DNA of 64,000 nucleotides from Marsupella aquatica (GCA_973895155.1 OZ316895.1:12717929-12781928), one strand, 5' to 3'; shown: positions 50,398 to 63,838, numbered from the stretch's first letter. A program made the numbers and translations. Notes: generated by a model from the letters alone, not told the origin.

Positions 50398-51735
50398 TGT
50401 CCACAATTTTAGAGCTCGTTGGCAATTTGAGAAGAACTACAAATTGTGTTTGAAACCTTCCCAAGGAAATTATAGTGCCCTCAATAGATTGCTCTGAGAA
50501 TCACACACTCAAGGTTGAGAATAAAATCCAAACTTACCATCAGGACAACCCACATATCACACAGCTCATTCACTTACTACCTAGAGACATTGAGACAATG
50601 TCTCAATTGTGGAGGCGGCTTTGGGAAGATTAGTCTGAGAGGCAAAGAATGTGTTGACAGTGTAGTGACTCAATATTTATGACAGGAGTCGCTAATGCAT
50701 TGTCATCCATCCCGCAGTCCGCCGACCCCAGAAGGCGACATTCTAAATGTCCTCCTCCTTGACATTTTTGTGAGTCAATATTCACAAGAAGAGTCACTAA
50801 ATAATGCATTGTAATCCTTTGCGCAGTCCGTCAAACCCTGAAGGCAGCATTGTCCATCCGTCGTGCTTCTCGACATTTCTGCGACTAACTGAATGTCATT
50901 CATGACCTGCTGAGCGTGATTGCTTGGCTGCCATGTCTTCCTACCAAAGTGCAATAAGAATTTGAAGTACAATTCCAGTCCAAGAGAACAGGTCCCAACA
51001 TTCGATAACTTTTATGATTGGGAGAAAGTAACAAATTACCAGGATCTACAATTATGGCGTCCACTCAACCTTTGGTGGCCCTACTGAAGAGAAACCAAGG
51101 AAGGCCAAGGAAATACTCTCAGCCGGTCGGTCGACGACCCCATTCAACTTGGCGTGGTCATCGCTACCTGTGTCCAATGGTGCCCAAGCCAAAATAGTAT
51201 TCTTTAGGAAGGAGAGCACCAAGACCACCTGAGGTTCTCGGAAGATCCACAACTTAACAATCCCCTTGGCATCGGCCAAAGTAGGAATCTATCCAGCAGG
51301 CACAGGACCAAGAGCAGCAGCCCGTGCTGCCGTAGACAGTCAGGGCTTCACCCTACAAATTATCCTATCAGAAACGTACCTGAGACTAGAATGGAGAAAT
51401 TTCTTGTTCACAATTTAAGAGCTCTATGGCAATGTGAGCAGGACTCCAAATTATGTTTGACGACCTTCCCAAGGAGACTATAGTGTCTTCAACAGATTCC
51501 TCGGAGAGTCACACACTCAAGGTTCACAATCAAATCCAAGCTCAACATTGGGAAAACGCACAGATCACACTGCTCATTCACGTAACAAAACAGTTCTGGT
51601 CAAGAAGAAGAGCACCAGAATGACCTGAGGTTCTCGAAAGACAACCCAATAATCCCCTAACTTGCAATTGACTAAATTAGGGATCCAACCAGTAGACACG
51701 GGATCAAGAGCAACAGCCCGTGTTGCCATAGCCGA
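50398..51735. repeat. Old interleaved direct duplications (about 175 bp: 50398-50572 vs 51404-51581; about 120 bp: 51213-51335 vs 51610-51735)
   Basis: Shared blocks such as accttcccaagga..tatagtg, tcacacactcaaggtt, gagcacca..acctgaggttctcg and caagagca.cagcccgtg.tgcc. Confidence 0.7.
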
Positions 51736-52989
51736 TCAGTGCTTCAGCTTGCGAGTGATCAATGTTCTTGTGGGCAAGGATGTGGTAGACAGAATATGGA
51801 CCTTCTCGCCCAAGCCCTATGCATATGTCAGCCAAAGGACCCATCTCAAGTGTCACATTGTACCATGATTTATTTTTGGTGGATACACAACAAACCATGC
51901 AGGAGAGATATGAAAATCATTTGGCTCTCAGGTACATTCCTTTTGAGTGAAGTTGGAGGGGTTTGCAGCAGACAACCAAGGGTAGTAGGGGAGGGTCTTA
52001 GGGCTGTCTTGCATGCGAGGGTCTTGACATAATAGGCCCTACTCCTGATGAGGTGGAACCATGGGACTGACCATTCCAAGACATTCCTGCCTCACCCCCC
52101 TCTTGAGCCGGTCCTCACGGCTAAACAAGTGCACTTTCAAAGGCAAGGGCCGCAACTTCTGCAGCCCCTACCATCCCTACCTTGCAATCTCATATAAAAC
52201 AAAATGAAATACTTGCCTTAGCCAAATGTGTGCATATTTTGAATGTTATTTGTGCCAACAATTCAGCAATCTTAAGGGCCGCAGTTTTGAAAACAATGGC
52301 ACATGCAAGGCAGCCCTTAGGCTTGCTTGTAGCGGCCACTCCCATGCCAATGGTGAGGTTGGGGAAGGTTTGGACATACACCAAACTCCTTGTACTAGAT
52401 ACGGATGAACTTTTGTGGCTCAATTTTTCCCAAAAAGCCTCATGACCTTCAATTGGCAGTTATCAATTGGCTTTGGAGACTCAAGAAGATGGAACGAATG
52501 GTGAGCTTTGGAGACCAAGCCAAACGTTTGTTAGCAGCTGCAAAATGGCAACGACCATCTGCAGATAGTAAAAATATTATTTTCAAGTTTCCTCATTCTT
52601 GATAGGAATGCCAACTCCTACCAGAAATGACCATTATGGTTAGATCTGATTTTGAAAAAAATGTCACTGATTTCAGCAAAATTATGCAAAAGTTGGAGGA
52701 CTCTTCAGTCTCCTTATTTCATCACACTTCTGGTTTAGTTCATCATTGTGTTACACATAAATTAGATTATTTTCTCTTAGTGGGGCCCCAGGGGCTGTAG
52801 TTGTGCAGTTTGCATTGGTGTCATCCTATGACTGTCAGTTGGAAATTGCGGGAACAAGTTGCCCTCTACATACACATATTTGTTCAATGCAAGATATTTG
52901 TTGTGGATGATCTGTTGCCTCTCTCAAATCACATCACCGTGCCTGCCTTTTTCATACCTTAAATAGAAGGGAAACAGAGCTCTGATGGG

Positions 52990-53800
52990 TCCAAATCTAC
53001 CCCCAAGAAACACATACCCTGGGCTTGTACAAGTTTTGCAGAGAAGCCATCTTCCAACACTGTTGGAAGTTTTGAGTGAAGTCCTTTCCATTCGTGTCAT
53101 ACCAAGCCCTTACGTGTTCCATGGCCATAACATTTCTTGTAACTCCACACAAGTTACTGCAAGTCAGTTTTGGTGAGTGTAACAAGATATTGCTTCTACT
53201 AGTGTGTTTAATTGTGTCCAGACATCATCTAGCACTTGCCACTGTCGCGTCACCTCAAGGCTTTGCTGGCTGTAAATCTATTGCTTTGCAATTGCAACAG
53301 CTTTCTTGTTATTGTAGTGTGTTTGAACATAGTACCATAGCTCCAATATCACTTCAAAAGGTGCAAACTCCCTATAAGGTAGCAAACCTGATTTAGCTTG
53401 TTCCACAGGATTATTGGTAACCTTCCCAAGATGGAGGGAAACAAATGCCTGGCATACAATTTCTTGTCAATGCTTTTGATGTAATCTGCCACAGTGCCAC
53501 ACATGCAATTATGGATACTCACAAGTGCTCCTAGAATTTGTCAAACCTGCAATCCATTTCAGTGCAAGGACCAATATAAGCAGCCAATTTGTGTAAGGGT
53601 TAGAGCCCCTGTTCAGAATTGAACTTTATAAGTGTACAGTACAAGACTTGGGTCTTACCTTTGCTTTGTCTTAGGATACACACAAAATGATCCCATCCAA
53701 TCCATTCTTGCCCTTCTTCAATGACCCTCACCACCATCTTCTATCAAGGGCACTATTTCACCAATGAAAATCAATGCCAACAGCAGTGACTACCATGTCA
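52990..53800 (-). pseudogene. Decayed MULE/MuDR transposase fragment
   Basis: Across frameshifts the minus strand reads VTAVGIDFH-GEIVPL, ADYIKSIDKKLYARHLFP, LGKVTNNPVEQAKSGLLPYRE and a SWIM-like TC.ELQEMLWP-HV.AW, in the order expected for MULE transposases. Confidence 0.6.
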
Positions 53801-54227
53801 TCTTGGCTTCTGCAAAAAGCAAATTGTGTACATGACTATTAACAACAAAATTTAGGATTCTTGTGAAACCTCAAAATATAATTTTATGATTCAACTTCAC
53901 AAATGTTCTGTGTATTTTGATGTAAACACTTGACTTTGAAGTATATGCATTATTTTCAAAATTAAAAAGATGAAACTATGAGAATGTTGTTGAGTATAGA
54001 CGATAATCGCAACGGTAAGCACATGACATATCCAACATGCAAGTAGTCGACACAAGAGATACGTGGTTCACCTCCTTGAGGCTACGTCCACGGGAACACA
54101 CAAGAGAGCTTTACTGAACTCTAAGCCCGTCAGCTATACCGAGTCTCCACAGTGTAAGCTCTCCCTATCTCTCAAGTGGCTCCATAACAATGAGCCTTGG
54201 TTCTACATCTCCAAACACACATGCCTC

Positions 54228-54524
54228 CTCAGGGGTCTCACTATATGGGGACCTCCCCATCGCCTGCAACGTTTTTAGGCCTCGAACCCCCTAAAATGTA
54301 AGAATTTTTTTTAATTTTTTAACCCCTATAAAGTTGGAATATTCTTGGAATATTCTAAAAATTGGATTAAAAAGACCCTAATGTTCTTATAAGTCTCAAA
54401 ATTGAATTTAAAAGACCCTATTGTTCTTCTACAAAAATTCTTAAGTCTTCCCTTAGAACCAATAAAATGACCCTATCCTTCGTCGCACATGATATGCCAT
54501 TTTTGTGGAAGTGAGACCCCCGAG
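54228..54524. mobile_element. MITE family A, copy 4, inserted in the 3' LTR of Copia copy 2
   Basis: CTCAGGGGTCTCACT...AGTGAGACCCCCGAG with perfect 8-bp TSD CATGCCTC (54220-54227, 54525-54532). The other three LTRs show the empty site. Confidence 0.95.
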
Positions 54525-54921
54525 CATGCCTCTTATAATATAGTGTGCAACTTAGTTAACCTAACCACATTGTTGTACCTAATCACGTAGTTGTACCTAA
54601 CCACATTGTTGTACCTAATCACGTAGTTGTACCTAACCATGTAGTTGTACCAACCCATGTTGTTGTACCAACCCACGTTGTTGTACCAACCACGTCATAC
54701 CTAACCTAGACATAAGAATAAATACCCAACAATCTTCCCCTTGACTCTGGTCTAGGGGAGAGTAATACTGCCAATGTATATGATCCCTCAGCGGGAAGTT
54801 CTGGACAAAAACCAAACCCGTTTCCCTCTCTAACTAGAGCAAACCAGAACTAAGCCGTAGCCTTATACATAGGAATGAGGAAGAGCATATATCAGTAATT
54901 ACAATGAATGTTAAGAAAACT

Positions 54922-57900
54922 CTACTTGTGATGCAATTGCAAAACCTGTAATACGTCATGGTGTCTAGAGAAACTCTCCAAAGGAATCACTTTGGTAAAT
55001 GCGTCAACCGGGTTGAGTTTACCATCAATCTTGACTAGCTCAAACAAATTATCAGACACACCCTGCCTGATAAAATGGTACCTGACGTCAATGTGCTTCA
55101 CTCTGCTGTCCATCACCTGGTTCACAGCAAGGTGGAGCGCACTTTGACTATCACAATGGAACTTCACATTCCCCTGTGGCAATCTCATTTCAGTGATAAG
55201 TCTATCCAACCAAATCGCTTCCTTTGCTGCTTCCACAGCTACAACATACTCCGCTTCTGTAGTAGATTGAGCAATACACTTCTGCAAAGTAGACCTCCAA
55301 CTTATGCATCCACCGCCAAGTGTGAACACGTATCCTGTTGTTGATCTCCTTCGGTCCAAATCTTGTCCATAGTCAGAATCTACATAGCCAATCAATGATC
55401 TAGCATTCTTTGCATTCGCATCAAATAAAAGACCATGATCCACGGTACCCTTCAAGTACCTGATAATCCACTTCACTGCTTCCCAATGTACCTTCCCTGG
55501 ATTTGACATGTACCTACTTACCTTGCCCATAGCCATGGCAAGATCAGGTCTAGTGCAAGTCATCAAATACATGAGACTTCCCATTGTCTTATCATAAGGA
55601 ACCTTTGACATCAGCCCCTTCTCTGTCGCATCTGTGGGACAGAAAGCTGATGATAATTTGAAGTGTGCAGCCAAAGGGGTACTTACTGGCTTGCTATCCC
55701 CCATGTTGAACCTAGCAATTACCTTCCTCGCCTAACTGCTCTGTGTCAACCATAGCTTACTAGCCTCCAAGTCCCTAGTGATCTCCATACCCAAAATCCT
55801 CTTAGCTGGCCCTAGGTCCTTCATCTTAAACTCTGCACTGAGCAGTGCCTTAAGCTTAACAATCTCAGACCTATCATTGGCCGCAATAAGCATGTCATCC
55901 ACATAAAGTACTAAAACAATGAACCCAAAGACAACATTCTTCACCGGTTTCAAATACACACAAGGGTCAAATACACTTCTGTGAAAACCTTGTGACCGAA
56001 TCCAATCGTCAAACCGCTTGTTCCACTGTCTTGGTGACTGCTTCAACCCATACAAGGATTTCAGCAATCTGCAAACCAATTCCTCATGTCCTCTCTTCAC
56101 AAAACCTAGCAGTTGTCTCATGAAGATCACCTCTTCCAATGTATCATAGAGGAAAGCTGTGACAACATCCATCTAATTTAGCAGCAGACCAAACATTACA
56201 ACAAGTACACACAATAGTCATATTGTAGAGTACTTAGCAACTGGTGAGAAGACCTCATTGTAATCCACACCTTTCTCTTGTGTGAATCCCTTTGCTACCA
56301 ACCTAGCCTTGTAGACCTTTGATCCACCTCCTGTGGAATTATCCTTCAGCTTATAAATCCACTCGCTGTCTACCACTTGCTGACCCTTAGGCAGCTTAAC
56401 AAGCTCCCAAGTTTTGTTGTCCTTTAGTGACTGCATCTCCGTTTGCATTGTTGCAGTCCACTTCTGCTTCTCCTTTGAAGCACTGGCCTCATGAAATAAA
56501 GAAGGTTCCCCTTCTTCCAAAATTAACGCATCACCCTCATCATCAGCTACAAAATCATCCTCTTGCAGTTGAGATGAATCAACCCACTGTCCATACTTAG
56601 GAGGAGCGTGTACAGTACGACCAGATGTTCTTCTAGCCGATGACTCCGGTTGAATTGCGTCTACTGGTACAATTTGAAGCTCAGCAGCATCCATTTGCTG
56701 CTCACCAGCATCAATAAACTCCTTTTGTTCCTCTGGCACAGGAACCAGCTCCATGCTTGGAGCACCTCCTTCTCTCCGATCATGCACTTCATGATCAATC
56801 TCCCCCTCAACGAGATCCGGGATAGGAGATTTTCCTTTGTCAGTACGGGAGACTTGAGTATTCTCCCCCTCCTTCAATAATCTGGATTCATTGAAAGAAA
56901 CATCTCTACTAACAATGAGCTTACAGGCAATAGGATCCCATAACCTGTAGGCCTTCACACCACTCTGATACCCAAGAAAAATACATTTCTTGGACGTAGG
57001 ATCCAACTTGGTTCTATTTTGCTTTGGTGTGAGAGCATATGCATCACTTCCAAAAACTACCAAGCCATGATAGTCTGCTTGCCGCTTATAACGCATTTCA
57101 AACGGCGTTTTGAAATTGATTGCACTAGAAGGAGAAAGATTTACCAAATAAGCTGTAGTATTGACAGCTTCTGCCCAAAATTCCTGTGGTAAACCTGATT
57201 GGCTCAGCATACTCCGTGACCGCTCCAATAGTGTTCGATTGAGCCTCTCAACTACACCATTATGTTGTGAAGTATAAACTATGGTGAGATGACGAGTTAT
57301 CCCCTGTTCTGCACAGTACTCTTCAAATTTTATTGAAGTGTACTCCCCGCCGTTGTCTGACCTTAGACTCTTCACCCTTGTATCCAAACACTTAACCGTG
57401 TTTCCTGTCTGATTCTCTACTTGGGCCTTCCACTTTATAAAAATGGACAAGACATCAGACTTATGCGTCATGAAATAAATCCATACAAATCTTGAGTAAT
57501 CGTCAATAAAGGATACATAGTACAATTTTCCAGAATGTGAGGGAGTCGGGGATTGTCCCCACACGTCATTATGTATGTACTCAAGAACCGCTTTGGAATG
57601 ATGAGTTCCAACACCGAAAGCACGACGATGCTGCTTTCCAAAAATGCAATACTCACAGAAATCCAATTTACAAGACTACAAATCAGAAATGAGCCCATTC
57701 TTCTATAAGATAGCCAAACCCTTCTCACTCATGTGGCCTAGCCGTGAATGCCATATTTGAGTCATTTCCTCGTGAGACTTGGTCACATTGGCCTCTCCAC
57801 ATACTGTATTGCCCTGCAACACATACAAATTCTTTTGTCTGCGCCCCTTCAAAATCATTATCTCTCCCGACATGATTTGAAGTTCACCATCAATTACTCG

Positions 57901-58194
57901 CCATTGATGACCATTTGTATCCAACACACCGAGTGAAATCAAATTCTTACGCATGCCAGGTACGAACCTGACTCCGGATACTGTGCGCACAATGTCATCA
58001 AACATTTGAATCTTTACAGACCCAATACCCTCAACTTGAAAGGAGTGATCATTTCCCATCAAAACTAAACCATTTGACACAGAATAAGAATTGAAATACT
58101 CGCGAATGTAACAAATGTGAAAGGAGCAAGCACAATCAAGAATCCACACATCATTTGCTCTCCTAGATGATGTGCACAGGGCATACTCCTAACT
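54922..58194 (-). pseudogene. Copia copy 2 pol, single frame interrupted by nonsense codons
   Basis: ORF pieces 57703-58149, 56218-57666, 55732-56172 and 54922-55704 are all in one frame. Stops at about 58189, 57703, 56218, 56173 and 55732, several from CGR or CAG transitions. Confidence 0.93.
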
Positions 58195-59172
58195 TCATAA
58201 AACATACTCATCGTTGAGTAAATCAACTTCTCCATCAACACTAGCCACATTGGCTGATGAACATTCAGCTGCCTTACCCTTACAATCTCTCTTAATGTGG
58301 CCAGTCTTGCCACACTTCCAGCATACCACCGGCTTCCTCTCTTGGGACTTCCTCCTTGAAGCAAATCTTGTCCTAGATTTACTTCTTCCCCTGCCATTCG
58401 TGTGGTGCTCTGGATGCTTTTGTGACCTCCCATGATTCACATTCAAGGCAGCACCAGACGACGATGATGGCTGAGAGGGCATGGTCAATTTCTGCTGCAA
58501 GTCATCAGTCAACAGAGCACTTACAACTTCATTGTAAGTGATAGTCTTCCTGTCACGATGAAGCAGCATTCGTGACAATGACTGATACAACAAGGGTAAA
58601 GAGCTAAGCAAGTGAAGAGCCTGCCGCTCATCACTCAAATCCTCCCCCAGATTTTGCAAATCAACGACCAGGTCGTTGAAACCATCGATATGGTCCTGAA
58701 TCTTTGCACTTCCTTCCTTCATCTTGAAGCTCATAAGCTTCAAAGATGTGTAGAGCCGATTCGATAGCTCCTTTTGATGGTACTTTTGCTCCAATGCGGC
58801 AAACAATGATGCACAATTGACATGGTCTGCCAATTGCTTGATGACATTAGGCTGAAGATAGAGCATCACGGTGCTCACAGCCTGCTCCTGCATGTCCTGC
58901 CAATCATCATTGTCGATATCATTTGGCTGGTCCTTCAGCAATTTCCCAAGCCCAGTCACACGGAGTACCCCCTTCACTTGTCGCTCCCACAACAAGTAGT
59001 CCGTGCGGCCATCGTATTTTGTAACCTCAAACTTGGGACCTCCAAGCTTGATTGTCCCCGTCCTTTTTCTTGTCACTCGCCGCAATACCGGTGACCATAA
59101 TTCCGCTAGATCTTCTGCTTCCTCCTCTGTTCTCTCTGGTGACTCAATAGAACCCTCCTCCAAGTCACTCAT
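58195..59172 (-). CDS. Copia copy 2 Gag, open ORF ending in TGA
   Basis: MSDLEE..., KYDGRTDYLLWERQVK, LLSSLP and zinc knuckle CWKCGKTGHIKRDC; ends LLNDEYVL*. Confidence 0.9.
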   Translation of the reverse strand: MSDLEEGSIESPERTEEEAEDLAELWSPVLRRVTRKRTGTIKLGGPKFEVTKYDGRTDYLLWERQVKGVLRVTGLGKLLKDQPNDIDNDDWQDMQEQAVSTVMLYLQPNVIKQLADHVNCASLFAALEQKYHQKELSNRLYTSLKLMSFKMKEGSAKIQDHIDGFNDLVVDLQNLGEDLSDERQALHLLSSLPLLYQSLSRMLLHRDRKTITYNEVVSALLTDDLQQKLTMPSQPSSSSGAALNVNHGRSQKHPEHHTNGRGRSKSRTRFASRRKSQERKPVVCWKCGKTGHIKRDCKGKAAECSSANVASVDGEVDLLNDEYVL

Positions 59173-61213
59173 GTGAGAAATCAAGAAAAAATGACGTTTT
59201 TCTTAACTTCTCAAAAAACTCAAAGGTTATCACTACCACGTAGCCCACGAGCCTAGTTTTCCAATGCTTGTCAACAACGAATGTTGATGAATTGCACTCG
59301 GTGCCGTCACCAAGTCCAACAAGGTAAATGATTTTTCTTAGCCTTCCTCTTCGCATCAAGAGCCAATCCCGGACTCAAAACAATTGTCTTGCCTCAATCT
59401 CTCCGTTGAGTCAAAACACTTGACGTTTCTCCCTCCGAGTCGATTGCAACAACAAGAAACCTCGCTCAGGCAAAAGAAAACTCCATAGCCGGTCAAAAAA
59501 TCAGAACGCTTCTTTTGCTCGTTGTGAAGTACTCATTACACACTCGACAACAAACCAGCTACCGAAATGATCAGCTCGTCCCGATCTACAAATGGAGCTA
59601 TAACATGCGACGCTTCCTTCGCTGTAGAGCTCACACCATCGAGAAAACAAACTCTGGTCCCTCCTCCGAAAAACCGTCGAACACGAATGTTGCCGACTTT
59701 CTTCACAAAATCCAGAACGACAAAAACTTAGATCTCTCCGCACCATGAGCTCCGTTCAGCGATTTCTTCACACCGTTAGAAAGCCTTTGCCCTGATCTAT
59801 CCGTTGAGCCCATAAACTCCAAGTTCCATGCGACGGAACTCCGGGAAATCCACCGACACTCAACGCTGGAAAAAACCGTCACGAACACACGTCACCTCCC
59901 AGACATGCTCTGATACCAATTGTTGAGTATAGATGATAATCACAACGGTAAGCACATGACATATCCAACATGCAAATAGTCGACACAAGAGATACGTGGT
60001 TCACCTCCTTGAGGCTACGTCCACGGGAACACACAAGAGAGCTTTACTAAACTCTAAGCCCATCGGCTATACCGAGTCTCCACAGTGTAAGCTCTCCCTA
60101 TCTCTCAAGTGGCTCCATAACAATGAGCCTTGGTTCTACATCTCCAAGCACACGTGCCTCTTATGATATAGTGTGCAACTTAGTTAACCTAACCACATTG
60201 TTATACCTAACCACATTGTTATACCTAATCACGTAGTTGTACCTAACCATGTAATTGTACCAAACCATGTTGTTGTACCAACCCACGTTGTTGTACCAAC
60301 CATGTCATACCTAACCTAGATATAAAAGTAAATATCCAACAAATGTGTGTTGGCTTCATTACAAACATTGAAGCATACCTAATTAAGTTGGAGATACTTG
60401 AACTAATTCCTAGTGTTGAAACTTAGTAGAAATGTATAGTCCCGGAGTCAAGTGCAATGCAAAATCTAGGGTGCTCAAGCTAATTGTCGAGTGCCATTCG
60501 CTCAGATAAGATCTCCCTGAAACCTTTGAACTTCCTACTCCAATAAAACCTAAAGTTTTTTAATTCAAAATCAATATCATCCGACTTAAAATATAATTTT
60601 TTGAGATTCATCCAAGCTTGAGAATCCTATCTTAGCAAAAATTTTGATGGAGATCTACTCTTCTAAGTCTACTAACTCAACTCGGGACTGAACTCCACGT
60701 TTCCTTAATTGACAAAACCAAACCCTATGATACCCTATCTTGCCAAAACGTTCCAAAGTCCATTTACAAAAATAAAAATAGTAGAAGCCAATCCTGACCC
60801 TTCATCAAAAACTTTTGCACCATACATTTAAGTTTACACTCCTACTCAAATGTCTGCCCAAGCTGCTCTTTCCCTAGCCTCATCTGCCCAAAATAAAAAT
60901 AAAAAGTATAAAAAATTTAATTCAAAAAACCTCAAAACAAATTGAAAGCTTTGAAAGGTGTACCAAAATTTGTAAATCAGGGAAAAACAAAGTACAATGA
61001 CAGGAAAGAGAAAGATTTCCAAGGAGAACAAACAGCTAACCAGAAAAAAGAAAAGCAAATGTAAACCTAACAAAAAGGATTAATAAAAAGAGAAAAGTGT
61101 CAAACACTACATGAGAGCAAACTCAATGACTAGTGTACACATTGGAATATGCGACAAGAGCTAATGGGTGACATCCAATGTCCTAACCAAATGAGCAAGT
61201 GGGTAAGGATGTG

Positions 61214-61975
61214 CTAGTATTTGCGGGGGCATAGTGGTGCCCATTGTGAGGGATTGACGATAAATGCTCGAGCCTGGGCACGTTGTAAGGCCACTAAAAT
61301 GCGCTGACAAAAGTGTGTGGTCAAGATGGATAGTGGGGGTCTGGAGGAACCCATCCGTCCGTGAATATCACGAGCAGCTTGTTGAAGAAGGCCATCAAAC
61401 TGATGATGAAGACACCCAAAGATCTCAATAGCCAGGGGGAGAAAGGTATCAGATGAAGCTTGAGCGACATATTTTGCCTCCTTTGTTGAGGCCACCCTGG
61501 ATTCCACTGCCATTGCCCCTGCCATTGTCGCCGCTACCTCAATGAGGTCCTGACGCAAAGGGTTTGCCACCACAACATTCGCCAAAGTACATTGACCATC
61601 ACGGAACATGGTTAAATCAACCCACAAGCGTTGTGTGGGAGGACCAGGTAGCTCGGGCATCATCTCCCGTCGCACGTGTACCAAAGACCCAAAGAGAACC
61701 TGAGCAATAGCATCTCTCACAACATCATGAATAACTATGGTTTCACCTCTCAAATTGCACTGAAGAAGATGGACCTTTGTGGCATCACAAGGCTTCTCAC
61801 ATGTGCCAAAAGTGGGTAGACCAACAAGAAGAGGGTGAGATAGCCTCAAACGAGGACGAATGGCGATGGGTAACTCCTCTGAAGACATCCATAGATGAGG
61901 GATGGCCGGATTGGCCTGAAGCCACCCTCCAACACCTTTCTCTCCAGAAGAAAGAATCCGAGCTTGGTCCGGTTT
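61214..61975 (-). pseudogene. 3' fragment of a CRE-like non-LTR retrotransposon (CCHC finger plus restriction-like endonuclease)
   Basis: GGWLQANP, CEKPCDATKVHLLQC, HDVVRD, VRRE, RLWVD, ANVVVANP, KEAKY, FLPLAIEIFGCL and QRILVALQRAQA follow the RLE-clade C-terminal pattern. The ORF-track N-terminus (61980-62260) is AT-rich and probably non-coding. Confidence 0.75.
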
Positions 61976-62588
61976 AGGTGCCTTGAAAGAGAAAGAGAAA
62001 AATTCAAAACTTTGAAAATATATATACATATCTTCCAAATTGAATTTCTTTATTAATAAATAATTAAAAAGAAACAAAAGAAAATCAAAAGAAAAGTGGA
62101 CGCAACCATGCTTTAACTGTGCCATACAATGGCCATCATCACCTATCTTGCATCTCCAAGCTATCACCTTTGCCTTCCTTGATAGCAACACTCCACAACA
62201 AGAGTGAACAGCATGATAACATTTCTGCAACTTACAATAACCACCAAGCCAAAGTGACAAAACTTTTGCACCCAGAAGCTATGATAAACAGTTCCATGGT
62301 TTATTATTCTGATTGTCATACAACACTTGACATTTGTCGTGCCCATGAAAGACTAGGAAGCAAAATAAAGGGGGGGGGGGCACAATAAAATGGGAAAGGA
62401 GGGAAAGGCTTGTTATTTATTAAACTATAAGTTTTGCCTAAGGACATCTTTTACACAATTGCATCATTTACACAAGACTTTCTTGTACATAAGAAGTTGT
62501 TGCCCCCCACAACATCATTTGTACAACTACATCCTTCTGTAAGGACAGCTTTTATGCAATGCCATATTTTAGGAAGTGACATTGTTTA

Positions 62589-62754
62589 GAGATATATTCT
62601 TAATGGACCCCAAATTAAAGTTTTCTCCCCAACCAACCCCATAAATTTTGGGTATACTGGTTTAGGGTCTATCAAGGTTTATCAACTGTTTGGATCAATC
62701 ATTTGGTCTATGACATAACAATTTTCATTTTGGGGTCGATCAAATTTATGCCTC
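62589..62754. mobile_element. Highly degenerate copy of MITE family B
   Basis: ggaccccaaat...tatcaagg..tggatca...ttcattttggggtc.atcaa resembles the family-B body. Confidence 0.45.
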
Positions 62755-63669
62755 AATGGTTTACACCACAATATCTTCTCTGTAAGGCACTCGCCAAGTA
62801 TAGTGTAAGGCACATGTATTGAGCCAGTGATTCTATAACTAGGGTGTGAGACGAGGATAACAAGTCACACTCATCATCACTACAAAGGATGCTAAGAAAA
62901 ACGAAGTCATGCATTGTAGGCTACCTGCACCGGTCCTTTTACAGTTTCTTCATTTCCTCACGTGCCCCGATGGATAATTGTACTCAAAAGGCTGACAGCA
63001 GTTTAATAATAATTTGTACTGGAGCACCACTGTCAAGTGTCAGAGTTTGCAACATGATAACACCAAAAGCAAAGGAAATTCCTCGAGACATAGCTCCTAG
63101 GCTCCTACAGACTGGGAAAGGAAAGAAAACTAGACCAAAAAGAAGGGCCACTAGTCTTTGTGGATATTTTATGTTTTTAATCGATAAAGTCCAAAAATCA
63201 AACTTAAAGGCGAGACTCAAAAGTCTGCCTTTATTTATGAAAAGAGGGTTTGCCTCTGTCCTTTCTGGTGGTGGGGTAGCCATCCTAAGCATCAACGAAT
63301 GGTAGCAAAGTACTCTAACATAAGGCCCCCTAACAAGCTGGCGACAGTGAGGGGAGGAAAAAGTCATCTCCATCTATTTTGGTCTGCTTCGGACGTCGCC
63401 AAATCAATAGTCTTTGGCTGATCATCCCCCAAAATCATCCCCCCAAATCCCCAATCCCCACTATTTCCGGCGCAGTAGAACTATATTTCCACCTTAGCAA
63501 ATTTGCTTGACGAAGTCCCTTCACCTAACAGGAAATTCCTCCCTGGGCCCCACATCAACGGTCACCTGTTGGACACATGAAAATTGACAGAAAAAGCTTG
63601 ACGACGATTAAAACAAAAGTCTGACGTATTGATAAGTAGTTCTGGTCACTAATTGAGAAGTTTGTTACT

Positions 63670-63838
63670 GAGGAAGTTTTTGATGAACCTCCAAAAGGAA
63701 AAGTATTACTTGATGGGACCCCTAAGGTTTTTAGTACATTGATTTAAGGTGTATCAAGGTCCATTACCGGTCTGGATCATCCAGGGATCCTATCAAGTAA
63801 CATTTTTTTATTTTTGGGTCCCATCAAACATATACCTA
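63670..63838. mobile_element. MITE family B copy
   Basis: ttacttgatgggacccct...ggtctggatca..ctatcaagtaaca...tttgggtcccatcaa with 10-bp flanks GTTTGTTACT/GTTTGTTAGT. Confidence 0.75.

Larger units (their letters stand above)
53988..60341 (-). mobile_element. Full-length Ty1/Copia LTR retrotransposon, copy 2 (same LTR/pol family as copy 1, older, defective)
   Basis: LTRs 53988-54731 (with MITE) and 59921-60341. TSD AATGT (53983-53987, 60342-60346). PBS TGGTATCAGAGC at 59907-59918 and PPT at 54732-54742. More than a dozen transitions between LTRs. Confidence 0.97.

Noticed and set aside
58186-58194. Second in-frame TAG in copy 2 as proof of the micro-intron
   Set aside because: The same CGG>TAG double transition occurs in clearly coding pol at 57703, so methylation-driven decay explains it equally well.
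62889-63373. Overlapping 138-aa and 129-aa ORFs
   Set aside because: No recognisable domain, splice structure or compositional support.
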